A stretch of DNA of 63,923 bases, the filler included, from Choristocarpus tenellus KU-1152 (lineage: Eukaryota; Protista; Phaeophyceae), in the NCBI GenBank assembly GCA_964200185.2. It is 12 parts of 12 records of this genome, joined end to end, with 100 filler letters (N's around TTAATTAATTAA, not from the genome) between each part and the next. Parts side by side here need not be neighbours in the genome. Positions count along the whole stretch, not along the records: positions 9,151 to 15,641 come from CAXNAD020008012.1; positions 15,742 to 20,745 come from CAXNAD020012204.1; positions 20,846 to 24,890 come from CAXNAD020016504.1; 9 more parts are not named here. The stretch is one strand, 5' to 3'. Below the pieces are notes generated by a model. The model made no database searches. It was given only the letters and a program-made list of their open reading frames with translations, and was not told where the DNA came from. Shown here piece after piece: positions 12,601 through 24,510 of the stretch. The stretch's first letter is position 1, and each line of letters begins with the position of its first letter. Both the position numbers and the translations under genes were made by a program.

Positions 12601-14339
12601 GTTCTTGCATACAAGAAAGGTCGCCTACCACGGTCCCTTGCACGCAGGGCAAATGGACAGACATGGACACATATCCCTTCCAACAACTGCAAACACAAAG
12701 CACTGTTAGGATAGGTCCTGTTCCCCTTCTCTATTGTGGCACTTCAAACGGACATCCTTAAAAAGTATAACTAAACAAGCTTTATATGTCAAAGAGCTGC
12801 ATGGAAAAGCCGTCAAGATGGGGAGGGGAGCCAGTGTCTGGCCTCACACACGCCTCCCCACAATTAACATAATAGTCACCCTCACCTGCAAGGCGTCGAT
12901 GAGTGCATCCTTGTCGCCATCGTTTTCTGGAGGAGGGCCTAGCTTAGAGGATGGCCAGCCATTGAGTCCGAAATAGTATCGCATTTTAGGTTTTCCACCA
13001 CCAACCTTAAGGCCCCATTTTAAGGTCCCAGGGGTACATGTATAGAGGAAATACACAGGCATATGATATAGAGTGGGAATATTGAACAGCAACAAGAACT
13101 ATTGTGGTTGTGACGCTTGTACATCTAGCAGGCACTGAAAAGGTGTAAATGTTGCACAGCGGAGAGTAGAAAGAGCAAAGGTACTAGATATGTGTAGACT
13201 CTGCCGTAGCTGGCTTGGTTGAAACCATACTTATTTTAATGTGACATGGATCTCGTGTCATGAATGAAAGATTGGTTCAAGCCCTGTGGACAACAGAACA
13301 GTATGCATATACTGCAAAGGCAAGATAATGGTCCTAAGGATCAGCCGATTTAATGGACGGGAAAAGTGCACTATATGGAGTCTGCAGACGCCCTCGACTT
13401 TTAACAAAGTCAAATTGCTAAGAAAATGCTGTCCAGGGTCACGGATATTGTTTGCAGACAAAAGAACGCAATAAAGAACCTTGCCTTGTTCTGTAGCTCG
13501 TCGTAGTAGGTTGGGGTCCAAGTGTAGTCCACGTTGAACTCCCGGAAAACTGCATTGTACGCTTCTCGATGCAACGATTCCGACTGGTCATCCAGGTGAG
13601 AGAAAATGGCGGCAATTAGCAAGGTGGCCGTGAAGTCAGCTGTTGTTTAAGCCATAAGATTCGACAGTATGGAGAGGGTCAGCACCAACGAGTGGGGGAA
13701 CACAAACATCCCCCGACCGGAGGATTCACAAACACCTTACGAGATGATTGATCTCCACTTTGCATCAATGGCAAGGGCGGTAATTAAACTACTGCAAGTG
13801 AGACGAGGTGAATCCATGCTTGCATCCCAAGCTTGATATTGTAATGTATCGACAGTAGAGGGAATTGACGAGATATAGTACTGGACATTGGAATAGTCGT
13901 TCATCTTACTTGCAATATTCTGTTCACAAAGAGAGCACAATCTACCCCCCAACATAATCTCGTTGACCTCTCTCAAAGAGTGCAACGGCCAAGGGCGAAA
14001 GTTTAAATGCTAATTCACTTCTGTCCAAAACCGCTGTGGTGACATATACCGGACGAGGTAATGTTCGTGTTCACTGTCATACCCTATTCCAATTGAAAAT
14101 CTTTACGTCCTATCAGTGTCCAACCACACCTCGAGAATAACACCATCGCAATCAAAGATCAGCGCCCCTATGCCGGCATCTCCTCCCACTGACATCATAC
14201 AAGTTGGTGCGACTTGTCCTCCCCTGCTCATAGTGTGTTGGCGATTGAAGTGTGTATATCGAAGAACAAAGCTATCCACAGGCAAAGACAACAACGCCAC
14301 CAGTACTACCGATAATAAAATGGTGTGAAGCGATTGCAT
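9644..14339 (-). CDS. CBBY: Plastid-targeted CbbY-like HAD-superfamily hydrolase (xylulose-1,5-bisphosphate phosphatase family), last exon missing
   Basis: Exons 14339-14130 (signal peptide, VDS-FV ASAFAP-like site, ALIFDCDGVILE HAD motif I), 13583-13485 (SESLHREAYN), 13005-12886 (VGGGKPKMRYYF), 12048-11950 (LRPGV), 11114-10927 (CSAST...AGDDVPKRKPDPMIY), 9740-9644 (CMVIEDSLIGLEAA). Phases are consistent. Confidence 0.92.
9796..10026. repeat. Minisatellite, ~17-bp unit ACATCTCATT(A/G)CATT(A/G)C
   Basis: About 13 degenerate tandem copies in a CbbY intron. Confidence 0.9.
10604..10800. repeat. Minisatellite GG(T/C)ACTGTACT(G/A) 12-mer switching to a 16-mer GGTACTGTACTAGCAT
   Basis: Direct tandem copies in a CbbY intron. 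Confidence 0.9.
12055..12300. repeat. Degenerate (GTACAA/GTACAG)n microsatellite
   Basis: Tandem hexamers immediately upstream (in transcript sense) of the CbbY exon 4 acceptor. Confidence 0.85.
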
Positions 14340-15099
14340 CGTTGTCTACTCCTGTCCCGGTCACTCTCTCTTGGACCGTGTCTCTTTCTCCTTCGTGGTT
14401 GCTTACGTTTTCATGATCCTTTCAAATAGTATGTGTGTAAATCGAAACTAAAACCTCGATACTCGGTCGTATATTTGATATTGCTATGGAAGATCGTGTA
14501 CTGGATCATATCGGTACGATTCGATTCGATTCCAGGAAAAAATATGTAAGAATATTAGGTCATATTGACATACATGAATATTGCAGCTGGTTCGATCCCC
14601 TTTAACGCCAGACTTCATTTCACGAAAATCTGGTTTCGCATATCCTATTCTAAGTATCAAAGCATAAAAGGATTGTATACCTGAACTACTACTATTATGC
14701 TGACAAAACCCTGGGTAGATTAATAAGGTGGAAACTTCAGGTCAGGCCCAGCAGAAGATTGGAGAGAGGAGATGGAAGAATGACTGGTAGGAGTGCTGCA
14801 TGAACCCAACACGCAAAAAGCAAGGCAGAAAATGGAGGCAGTACAACTGGTGGGGGTGCGACAAGTTCATAGTATATATATACTAGATGTACTGCGGTGT
14901 GTGGTGCTTTCTACCACAGCTCGGGATCATCCATCACTAACAATACTGGGCGACAAATATTTAACAATAGACGGGTGACCCCATTTAATACCATTCCAGA
15001 ACACGTATTTTGGTAGAAGATTGCTTTTGCCCACACGATGTGGACGACAGCTCTCTAAAACATTATCAAATTATCGCACGTGTGTGCATACTTGATAAA

Positions 15100-15560
15100 T
15101 TGATTTTTTAAAGCTCTGTTTTCAAGTTATTATTAATGTATTCGCCAAATTTTGCATACCTCTGAAGATCATGTTTGTCATCTGTCGATTCCATGATGGT
15201 ATGAGACTATGTGTTGACATGGATGATGGTGAGTGTCATACTTGTTCGAGGTTGGACAGGACCTTCGGCAAGGGTGTCTTCTTGCTCTGATCATCTCCCA
15301 TGTCTTCTTTACTGCAGCACTAATTGTGGCATTTAAGGAGTTCATCTCTGACCCATCTATCTCCAAAGATCTTTCTTGTCATCAAGAAAATGGCTACAAA
15401 CTGTTACAACACGCTCCAGAACTCCTCTACAGGATGTGTAACTCTAATCCAACGACCCCAAAACGACGCTACGGGGGTATTTCCACAGTTGATAGCAAAG
15501 GATGGGTTTCAGCTACTCTTCTCTCGATGATTCACTCAGTGCTTAGCTCAAAGCTTTACT
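15100..15560 (+). pseudogene. RTE-clade LINE reverse transcriptase fragment
   Basis: RFHDGMRLCVDMDDGE and LFEVGQDLRQGCLLALIISHVFF match the RT motif FxVxQGLRQGCVLAPLLFNIFF. Frameshifted. Confidence 0.75.
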
Positions 15561-16578
15561 TAATGTTTTAATCGAGACAAAATAGTAGAGCAAGAGGTAC
15601 TTTGGTGACCCTCAAAGTATTGACCCAAAGTATCTGGGAGGNNNNNNNNNNNNNNNNNNNNNNNNNNNNNNNNNNNNNNNNNNNNTTAATTAATTAANNN
15701 NNNNNNNNNNNNNNNNNNNNNNNNNNNNNNNNNNNNNNNNNGGGCAACATTTTCCTTTTTCCCCTTTCGCACCAACCCCTTCGTTTTCCCCGGGATGCCC
15801 CCCCCCCCCCCATGCTTTCCTGCCTGGAGCTGCAGAAGAGAACAGCAGCTATGAACTCACAAAGCTTCCCCCTTCTTTTCCTCTCAAGCGCACTCCCCCG
15901 CCTGTTGCACACTCACAGCGTTGTGCATCCTACAGTACCCCGATATGGTCATTGCAAATGAGACACAGGAAATGCTTTTAAGAGGTTCTGGGTTGACAGC
16001 ATGGTCGCAACAGGTCCATCTCATTAATGCATGTCATTCTGGAGTCGGGAGTAATTCTTTTGACAAGAGCTGTAAGAAAATCTAAAAGTTTGTATTTTCT
16101 GGTTGTGTGGGGTAAGTTGGGGAGGTAATGGGGAGTGGTGTCTCCTCTGGTGAAGCACAAGGACGAAGGAGACAAGAGGACAACATGAAGGACACCGATG
16201 AAAGAAGAAAGAGCATCGTTGCCACAGGTTATTCCGAGTCATAAACAGATACAACCACAACAAAGCACAAATGAAGTGCAGACCACATTCTCACCTCTTT
16301 CAAGTGCCTTACAGATCTCTCCGCTGAGGCAGCCCCTGTTCACACTTTTTTTTTACATTTTCTTGCTTTTCGGACCGTTTGCCGACCCTTTTCGGTCACT
16401 TTTTGTGGGTAGATAGATCCCTAGTTCCAACATGAAAATTTTCCATGAGTCAGCAGGTCCGATGAAGGAAGGTCCCTCCTACCCCTGTGCATCCACGGAA
16501 GGCCTTGGGCAAGACCTCCACGTTGCCCAGTTCGAGTGGCAGGAAGCAGGTTGCAAGAGTAGCTTTTGTCAGGACAAA

Positions 16579-16833
16579 CAGTCAAAGTAAACGAGAGGTA
16601 CCTAGAGTTGCATTTTAAGGATGCCAGCAAAATGTGCAAAGTGAAAGCTTTTTTACAAATGCATAAAGGACATTTTCCAAATTTTGTCGAAAATTCCAAA
16701 CATTGGAGAAATGAACCCTCGAGTCAAAGTTAGCACCTCATCCATAGAAATATGGGTGAATTGCAAAAGATTGAAAAACTTGCTTATAATGCAAAATGGC
16801 AAAAGACTGGGTACCTCTCATCTACTTTGGCTC
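16579..16833. mobile_element. MITE subfamily D (~255 bp) with perfect 3-bp TSD AAA
   Basis: TIRs CAGTCAAAGTAAACGAGAGGTACCTAG / CTGGGTACCTCTCATCTACTTTGGCTC. Homologous to 40794-41052 and 56280-56540. Confidence 0.85.
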
Positions 16834-17394
16834 AAATTGCCTACAAACCTACATGATGAGTGACCTTGTGGCACTGGGAACAATGAGTGGGAACTGAACC
16901 ACAAATAGTGAGTGCTGACTGGTAACAATAATTGGTTGCCGAAGGTTTGGAGTGCAACTCAAGCCAAGTATCCCTGAGGGGTTCTTGTCAGGCCCGTGTG
17001 TGGCAACGGGTACCACAAGTAAGGGTAAGTACCTCCAAATTATGCCTCTAGGTGCCATGGTGGTAGAAAAGGGAACCGATTGTGCAGCTCGCTGTAATGC
17101 AAGAGAGGGTGCAAAACGATCATATAGTTGGCTCTATTCTGCCACAGCAGACGAAGACCCTAGATACCAGCTACACACCCAAATCTTGTTTTTGGGGGGA
17201 TACTCCACAATCGCGCTTTTAAAAAACAAAAAAAATGCCTGTGTGCAATTTAATACTCCCTGTCCCATAAGTCTGGGTCGCTAAGTTGTAGCTCTTCGAG
17301 ATGACCTCCCATTACAAAACAGACCTTTGCCTTGGACTCCTTGGAATATTTTGCTTTAACACACTATGTCTCGACTTTGTTCGACACCGTCAAC

Positions 17395-17760
17395 TGTTCG
17401 TAGATAGTGCTGCTGATACACATAGACACCATCGGTGGATTAGATAATAGGATGGAGAGCCAGTGACAGATATATTACATGTACTGACTCATAGTGTCCA
17501 TTGATTTCTGTATCATGTTCAAGATACTCTTTCTATACTTGACAAGTAAGGAAGTGATTCATAGTAAATTAGTGTGGACGATTACAAACCCCATACTATA
17601 GAAATAATAATGGTAGTCTAGGCTATAGTCTTACCCACATAGTCAGCGGAATTGAGACCACAAGCCCCTTGCAATATTAACTTTGCATATTTACACCAAG
17701 CTATTCACCGTCTTTCATCAAAGCACCAAAGCCGTGGGTCCAGTGTGGAATATTTCAACA
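17395..17760 (+). repeat. 5' LTR (366 bp)
   Basis: Direct repeat of 19654-20025. Confidence 0.92.
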
Positions 17761-17849
17761 CGCTACGTAGCGGACCGATTATTCCTGGGACGTTGCGCGA
17801 AGCGACAAGACTAGTAGTGAGCACCGTTATTGTGCACAAGGTATCTGCC

Positions 17850-18939
17850 ATGGATACCATCAAGATCACATCACTCCCCACGTTTTCCGGAAAGCTGGGC
17901 GAAGACTTTTACTCCTTTGCGGTGAGGGCTCAGGCCACGCTCAGAGTTCATGATTGTGCAACAGCTCTTCGTGGTCCGGACATTATCTGTGGAGGACCTA
18001 TATGGGCAGTTGATATGGAATCATTGAGTGATGAAGACGATGACGTGGAGCGACCTCTAACAATGATATGACCAGCAACACGGACCTTCAACTGGCAACT
18101 AAGCGGGCAAAGAAAGCGTGGCAGCTGATGCTGCTCATGCTGCAAGACCGTGCTTTGCATGTGTTTATCGCGCCTGGGTCTCTGAGTGCAGGGTGGCGCG
18201 CTCTTGATGCGGTGTTCATGCCAAAGACCCTCCAGGAGGCCAGACGGTTACGCCAGGAGCTGGTTCACCTGACTATTGACGACAGGAAGGACCCGTCTCC
18301 AGGACTTACAGAGTTATCAAGATTAACGACAAGACTGGAGTCGATGGGAGAGGTGATAGCAGAAGAGACCAAGGTGGCGACCATTCTGAACAAGCTAGGT
18401 GAGAACTACTCCCAAGTCAAGAGCTTCGTGGATTATAGGGAAACCAAGACGGTGAAGGATGTTGAAGATATGATGGGGCGAGGTACAAAGACCTGCAAGC
18501 GATCAACATGGGTAAGTCCACTGGTAGTGGTCATGCTTTGGTTGCGAGTGCGGGAAAGAATTCCTTGGGAAGAAAGGGGCACGGGAAGGGGCGCATAGTT
18601 TGTTACATGTGTGGCAAGGATGGCCACACGAAAAATGACTGCCCCGACCTGGATAGGGGACGACACGCAGGTGCCTCTGCAAGATTGGGGGAAGATGAAG
18701 ACCAAGATGGAAGATGCCCAAGGTGTACAGGGTTAGGACATGACTATGACGAATGTTCCCTGACTGTTTGGGCCAGAGAGAAGACCAGAAAACCTTCAAG
18801 AAGAGGGGACAAGAACGCGCATATGGTATCTACAACGACTCCTCCGTCCTCGAACCAAGAGGGTCTTACTGAAAGGATGGAAAGGTGGGAAGAATTTATC
18901 GGTTCTTATTTTGGTGAAACTGAACGTTTTTCTCTGTGA
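17850..18939 (+). pseudogene. gag: Copia-type Gag (capsid-like region plus two CCHC zinc knuckles), two frameshifts
   Basis: MDTIKITSLPTFSGK...; ...LESMGEVIAEETKVATILNKLGENYSQVK (Retrotran_gag_2/UBN2-like); CYMCGKDGHTKNDC and CPRCTGLGHDYDEC. Frameshifts near 18065 and 18480. Confidence 0.85.
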
Positions 18940-19653
18940 TTGTCCTCTCTTGTGTTTGTTTTGCCAAATGTTTTAATTTGAGTTTGTCCCCCATCTGTCG
19001 TGTATTTTAGTGCTTGCCCACAGTAGTCAAGTGACAGCTGTGATGTTGTATGCATACTGACTTTAGTCAGGGAGAGGTTTTCCTCGTTTTTGTGTTTATG
19101 GTATTTCAGGGATAAGTCAATTGTTTAGTACTACTCTTTTCCAAGGATTCACTTTAGGCGTGACACTAGGGATATTTCGAGGATTGTGGGAGACGCATTT
19201 TGGTATGGCTAAAGACCCACAGTAGAAAACACCCCAGGATGTGTTCGTAGAGATTGTGATAGGATAGGTAGGGAGTAAAACAGCTCCACCATATTACTTT
19301 ATTCCGGAGATTTGTAATGGCGATGTACTACGGGAGATTTTGTTGATTGTAGGAGACACTATATGCATTGCTAAAGACCCTGCCATTTCATGGATTGTGA
19401 GAGACGCAAAATGGCATTGCCAAGGACCTGCAGGAGAAAGTACCCGAGAATATTTCCATGTAAGGTTGCAGTAGGACAAAGGATAAGAATTGATGGCTGA
19501 TTTTTTTATACCTACACAAACCCAACGTCAACATTGATTTTAGGGTATATTTGTTGCATTGTTTTTGAGAGAGTTAGCAGAAGTTTGTTTCTTTCTCCAA
19601 GTTTGTGAGAAGTAGAATCTCAGGGTGTATAGTGTCTGCACAGTAAGGGAGAG

Positions 19654-20025
19654 TGTTCATAGATAGTGCTGCTGATACACATAGACACCATCGGTGGATT
19701 AGATAATAGGATGGAGAGCCAGTGACAGATATATTATTTGTACTGACTCATAGTGTCCATTGATTTCTGTATCATGTCCAAGATACACTTTCTATACTTG
19801 AGACAAGTAAATAAATTATTCATAGGAAAATAGTGTGGACGATTACAAACCCCACACTATAGAAATAATAATGGTAGTCTAGGCTATAGTCTTACCCACA
19901 TAGTCAGTCAGCGGAATTGAGACCACAAGCCCCTTGCAATATTTACTTTGCATATCTACACCAAGCTATTCACCGTCTTTCATCAAAGCACCAAAGCCGT
20001 GGGTCCAGTGTGAAATATTTCTACA
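19654..20025 (+). repeat. 3' LTR (372 bp)
   Basis: Direct repeat of 17395-17760 with scattered substitutions and two small insertions. Confidence 0.92.
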
Positions 20026-20397
20026 TCAACCCACCAATCCAGGGTCGCTGCAGAGGCCGCTCGATCTACTTTGACTGATCTAGCCAGTCCGCCCTCCCGC
20101 TGCCTTTTTTTGGTCCCATGTGCTCTACCTCGAAATTATTCTCTCCCAGCCCCCTTAAAACCCGATTGTAGCCCTTGAACAGACCCTGCCACACCCTCTT
20201 GAGTGCATCTGTGTCGTATGATTGGAACATGCCTGAAACTCCCTCTACAAGTTCATCGACAGTGCCATAACACTCTGTCCAAACCCTGCTCTTCAGAGAT
20301 GCAAAACCCCCAAAATCATCAATGTTAAGATTCGGCAGCTGTGCTGGCTGCATCATGAGCTTAATATTCCATCTCTCCTCCATCCCTGCTGTGTTTA

Positions 20398-20658
20398 GAG
20401 CCAAAGTATCTTGGAAGGTAGGGCTGCGTCCATTTGGGGGTCAAAATCCAATGTTGCAATTTTGACGTAATTTTGGCTATCTCGTGTTTGTCAGGAAGTT
20501 TCAATATCCTTCTTCCAAACACACCTTTTCATAACGTACACATTTCACCTACTCCGAAAAAAATTTGGAGAGGAAAATGTCATTAAAAAAAACATAGGAA
20601 GCCGAGCCCCAAATGGACAAACAGGGTAAAACTCGTACCCTCTAAGATGCTTTCACTC
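20398..20658. mobile_element. MITE subfamily B inserted in the mariner transposase
   Basis: TIRs GAGCCAAAGTATCTT / AAGATGCTTTCACTC, flanks TTA/TTC. The transposase reading continues on both sides. Confidence 0.85.
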
Positions 20659-21149
20659 TTCAGCTTCTGCACCACCATGTTCTTGCCCGTATGCTGGGTC
20701 GTGCTATCCTGCTGTATGGAGGCCCCCCTGATTCCAGCCAGAACANNNNNNNNNNNNNNNNNNNNNNNNNNNNNNNNNNNNNNNNNNNNTTAATTAATTA
20801 ANNNNNNNNNNNNNNNNNNNNNNNNNNNNNNNNNNNNNNNNNNNNCTCCTCCTCTAGTTGGGTTACAGCTGTTGTGAAATCTCTCTGTGTCCTCCTATTC
20901 AACCTAAGTTGAGATAGTTATCCCGCGTTTAGGAACCCTGTCAACCAACTTATTGATTTTCGGGTGACCACGTAGTATCTATGTGTGGTTAACCACAGAC
21001 GAAAAATAAAAGCGTCCTTGTTTGTTTTATCGACGGTGTTGCCTGAAACCCCCCCCCCCACTCATATATACCCCGTTGGCGTGGTAATAACGATGCCTCA
21101 TCCTCGCTAGCTGGGTGCATAATATTTCCGTTTTCTACCCATCGACAAG

Positions 21150-24100
21150 GTGGGCATTCCTCCCCCGGCGAAAACAACTCTACAAAACTGGCAGCAAGGC
21201 CTAAAGACCCTTCGACCAGAGTCCTTCGAGGTACTGAAGGAAATGCGTGAGACCTCGTCACCACAGGTCGACCGCAACGCAGTCACACTGAACTATCTGA
21301 GTCGCGAGGAGTTTGCTGGCTTCACTTCTCTCAAGCAGGGGCTATGCATCCATCTGCTTGCTAGGCAAGTCAAACCGCCACTGTGTTTTATCGTGTAGAC
21401 AACAGTAAGCGCAATGTGTGCAGGTCGCAGCACATTGCACAGGAACGTTAAATAAGTGTCTCCTACGATGAAGAATGTAGTCGGCCATTGTTGTGTCGAA
21501 CGAAGAACCCTTCGTAGTGTTGTGGAAATTCTACAAACAGTGTGTGTTTCCTGTGTATGTGCGCTCTTGTCTTTTCTGAACTACGATCATCGATCCATGC
21601 ATATTTTCTGCAGTGGCGACCCTTTCCTCATCATTACCTGCGCATCGTCGTTGATGTCCTTCATGGCCATTCTCTTTTTGCAGGTACAAGTTGTTCAACG
21701 GGAAGGTTCCTACGGCGAGGGACTACCAGGACATCGAATCGGACGCGCACATGTCTGAGATGGTTGTCTCGCGCACCAGGCAGATTGTGCCCAAGGAGAA
21801 GTGGACACCAGTGCTGCAAAGGTTGGTAAATGGTGCAGTTGCAGCGGTTATCTTTTTTTGCCTTTTCCGTATCTCCTGTCCACCCATATGTCGTCATGCG
21901 CCCCTCAATTTTAAAATATACTGTCAGCGTCTTTTTCGGCACCGCACTTATTGATTGTTGCAAAACTGCTCTGAATTTCGGACGTTACGTGAATGATGCA
22001 TGGGCTGCCAGGGAAATGGGCAGACTCGCATATGAGAAGTGCAATATGCACGACCTCTGGGTCAAGCCCCACCACGAGGAGAGGAAGAGGGAGGTGACCC
22101 AACTTCTGCAGAAGGTTTCATCTGGCGACCAACAAACGGGGCCCGTCCGGCAGCTGAGGGCAAACATCGCGACGGTAGTTGGAATGAAACCTCTGCAACG
22201 GGTCAGAGCCGTGAGTGTGCCTCCTGTGTTCGTCATTGCAGCTGAAATGACTTGTACAAAAACAATTAGTTGACGCTTGGTATGGTGGTAGGTTTTCGTC
22301 ATCATCATGAGCGACAGAGTTGCCTTCCCTACAACAAACGATGCTGTTTTGTCAGTTCTAGTCTTTCATTGCTAATAGCGGGAATAGCCAATCGTTTTCT
22401 TCAACTCTAGACAACGATCTTGGTCAATCTCCACCTCGTTTCTGCCTCCAACACGTTTCACTGTCGTAACCTACAGACAGGCTGGCGTCCTCGACATTCA
22501 CTTCTTTCAAACTATTTCGCCCTGCAAGCCGCCTCTATTAAACACGTTCACCACGTCAACTGTATCGTTTGCTCTGTTCAATTGACATGCTATCGTACTT
22601 CCATTACACTCTCCCATTTTTGACGTCACCATCGTCCCCTCCTCTCCTCAAAAATGTCCTCTGCCGTGTCCACCACCAGATTCTCAAGAAGGACTCGACT
22701 CTATGCGCTTACCTCACTACCTGGGATGGGAAATACCAGGATGTCCTGACCAGGTCAACCTCCACCGGGTTCACAGCGGGCGGGGCTGTGATGGCGGCGA
22801 GGCAGACATCGAGAGCAACAATGGATCGGCATCAGATTGCCATGAGAAAGAAGGCGAGGGAGGGTGCGAACACAAAGGAGGGGATGGAGACGAGGGAGGG
22901 GACAAAGACAAAGGAGGGGACGAAGACGAGGGAGGGGGCAGACTGCCAGACAGGGAGGATACGGGCGAAGGGAGTTCTGCCGGCAGCGTTCCTGGTGCGG
23001 AAGAAGAACAAAACGGCCATGGAGGGTGGAACGCGGGCGTTTGCTGTACTGAATGCAGTCCTCCACCTACGTCTCGGTGAGTAATGTAGTTGTAATGGTG
23101 CACACGGGGATGGCAGGTAATTAATGGCGTAAGATTGGTTTCCATCCAATCCCCTGAACGGCTAACTAGGTTGTCTCTTTTCAGCGGTGCACGCCATTGA
23201 ACCGTTGGATCTTGCAGGGTCCCTCTGTGTGCGGCGCTGCGGTCGCTACCCCCACGTCTCTTTATTTGCCACAGTTCGATTGTGTGTTAATGCATATACA
23301 TCGCCGACTGTTGTATCTCACCTGTACTACTTCGTACTGTTTTGCGCCGCCAATTTCGTGGTCCTTCGTAACCATGGATCCCCGCGTTGCGTTGTTGCAC
23401 CCAATTAATGATTAGGAAAAATAATATCGTGTCTGTTTAACGCTCTCGTTCGATGACACGCACGACAGGTATTCATGCCCAAAGTACTCCATCACGCATA
23501 TGGGTGAATGTGCCCACGTGGAGATTGTAGGTGACGAGAGGCACAAGGATCGAATATGTATCAATTGCCCCATGGCACAGGAGGGCAGTGAAGGGTCTGG
23601 ATCGGTGGGGAACGAAACGGCGGGTCGGGGCAGGGGCAAGGGCAAGGCAAGGGTAAGGGTCACGCAAGGAGCACGGGCGGATCACCCTGCAGACAAAGCC
23701 TTTACGTCCCCCCTCACGAAGCGAAATGGCGGACATGGAGAAGTGCATGTGGGTCTTGGCGTGGTTGCACATTATACGGACATACAAGTCGTCTCGGCGT
23801 GATCAGTTTCGCATTGGTTTGCACGTGGGTCCTTGCTGCTTGTACATCATGTGGATTGCTCGTCCTCTGTGTGTTGAATGTGACGTTTTTTTGGAGGTTT
23901 CCATGGGCCATGGAACTTAGTGTTTTGACGTCTACCCTCCTTCAACGAAATGTATCTGATGGGCCTGGCGTTTTGGAGGGTACGGCTTGACATTTTGGGG
24001 ATGCCATGGAAATATTGTCAGGACCTCACTTAATAATACAATTGCCTGCACCGTTGCTTACGACACTGTCCTTCTTGTCGTGCTATCTGTCTACTGTGTC

Positions 24101-24510
24101 TTGTGTCATGATGTCCAACCAGGACTGAGAACACTGCACTAAACGACCTTCGCCCTCTCGACCCTACGGTACCCTTAGACCGCCTGAAAGAGTTCACCTT
24201 CCGCAATGCGCCAAAGCTCACCATAGTGTCCATTTCCGCCGAGCCAAGACTCGTCAACGACAAAGAGGTGACCGACACACACTTGCGCCAGGTTGTTAAG
24301 TGCTTGCAGGTGAAGATACCTCCTCAGGGAACCATCGTGCTATTTGTGCCCCACCCGTGGGCCGCGCAAGCACACCGCCTACATGGTGAGTTGCAGGGTT
24401 CGCCAGTGCTGAAATACGGGGTATATTGCGGGAGACTATTGCAATCCACCATGGTCGTTATCAGTCCATCCGTGTGCCCATCGAATATTGTGCAGTCTTT
24501 CAGGAGATGC
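21150..24510 (+). pseudogene. CpG-rich orphan spliced ORF of unknown family, probably a transposon-borne gene, partly broken
   Basis: Exon-like blocks 21150-21364 (GC donor), 21684-21821 and 21982-~22201 join in frame, but the acceptor before 21982 reads CGG. An acidic G/D/E tract and Cys-rich segments follow, with an apparent frameshift. Block 24123-24505 is open. Confidence 0.45.

Larger units (their letters stand above)
17395..20025 (+). mobile_element. Complete non-autonomous gag-only LTR retrotransposon (copia-type gag, TR-GAG-like)
   Basis: 5' LTR 17395-17760 and 3' LTR 19654-20025 (TG...CA), perfect 5-bp TSD TCAAC (17390-17394 / 20026-20030), PPT AAGGGAGAG 19645-19653. The interior encodes only gag. 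Confidence 0.92.
17256..20745 (-). mobile_element. Mariner/Stowaway-type transposon remnant, interrupted by an LTR element and a MITE
   Basis: Transposase C-terminus at 20066-20745: QQDSTTQHTGKN...NTAGMEERWNIKLMMQPAQLPNLNIDDFGGFASLKSRVW. Stowaway-like terminus TA|CTCCCTGTCCCATAAG at 17254-17271. Confidence 0.7.

Noticed and set aside
1544-14339. CbbY-MBTPS1 fusion or functional cluster (same strand, CbbY lacks 3' end, MBTPS1 lacks 5' end)
   Set aside because: Separated by an artificial linker. Both are simply truncated by contig ends.
16128-16227. Possible myristoylated first exon MGSGVSS...
   Set aside because: No phase-compatible downstream exon or homology recognised.
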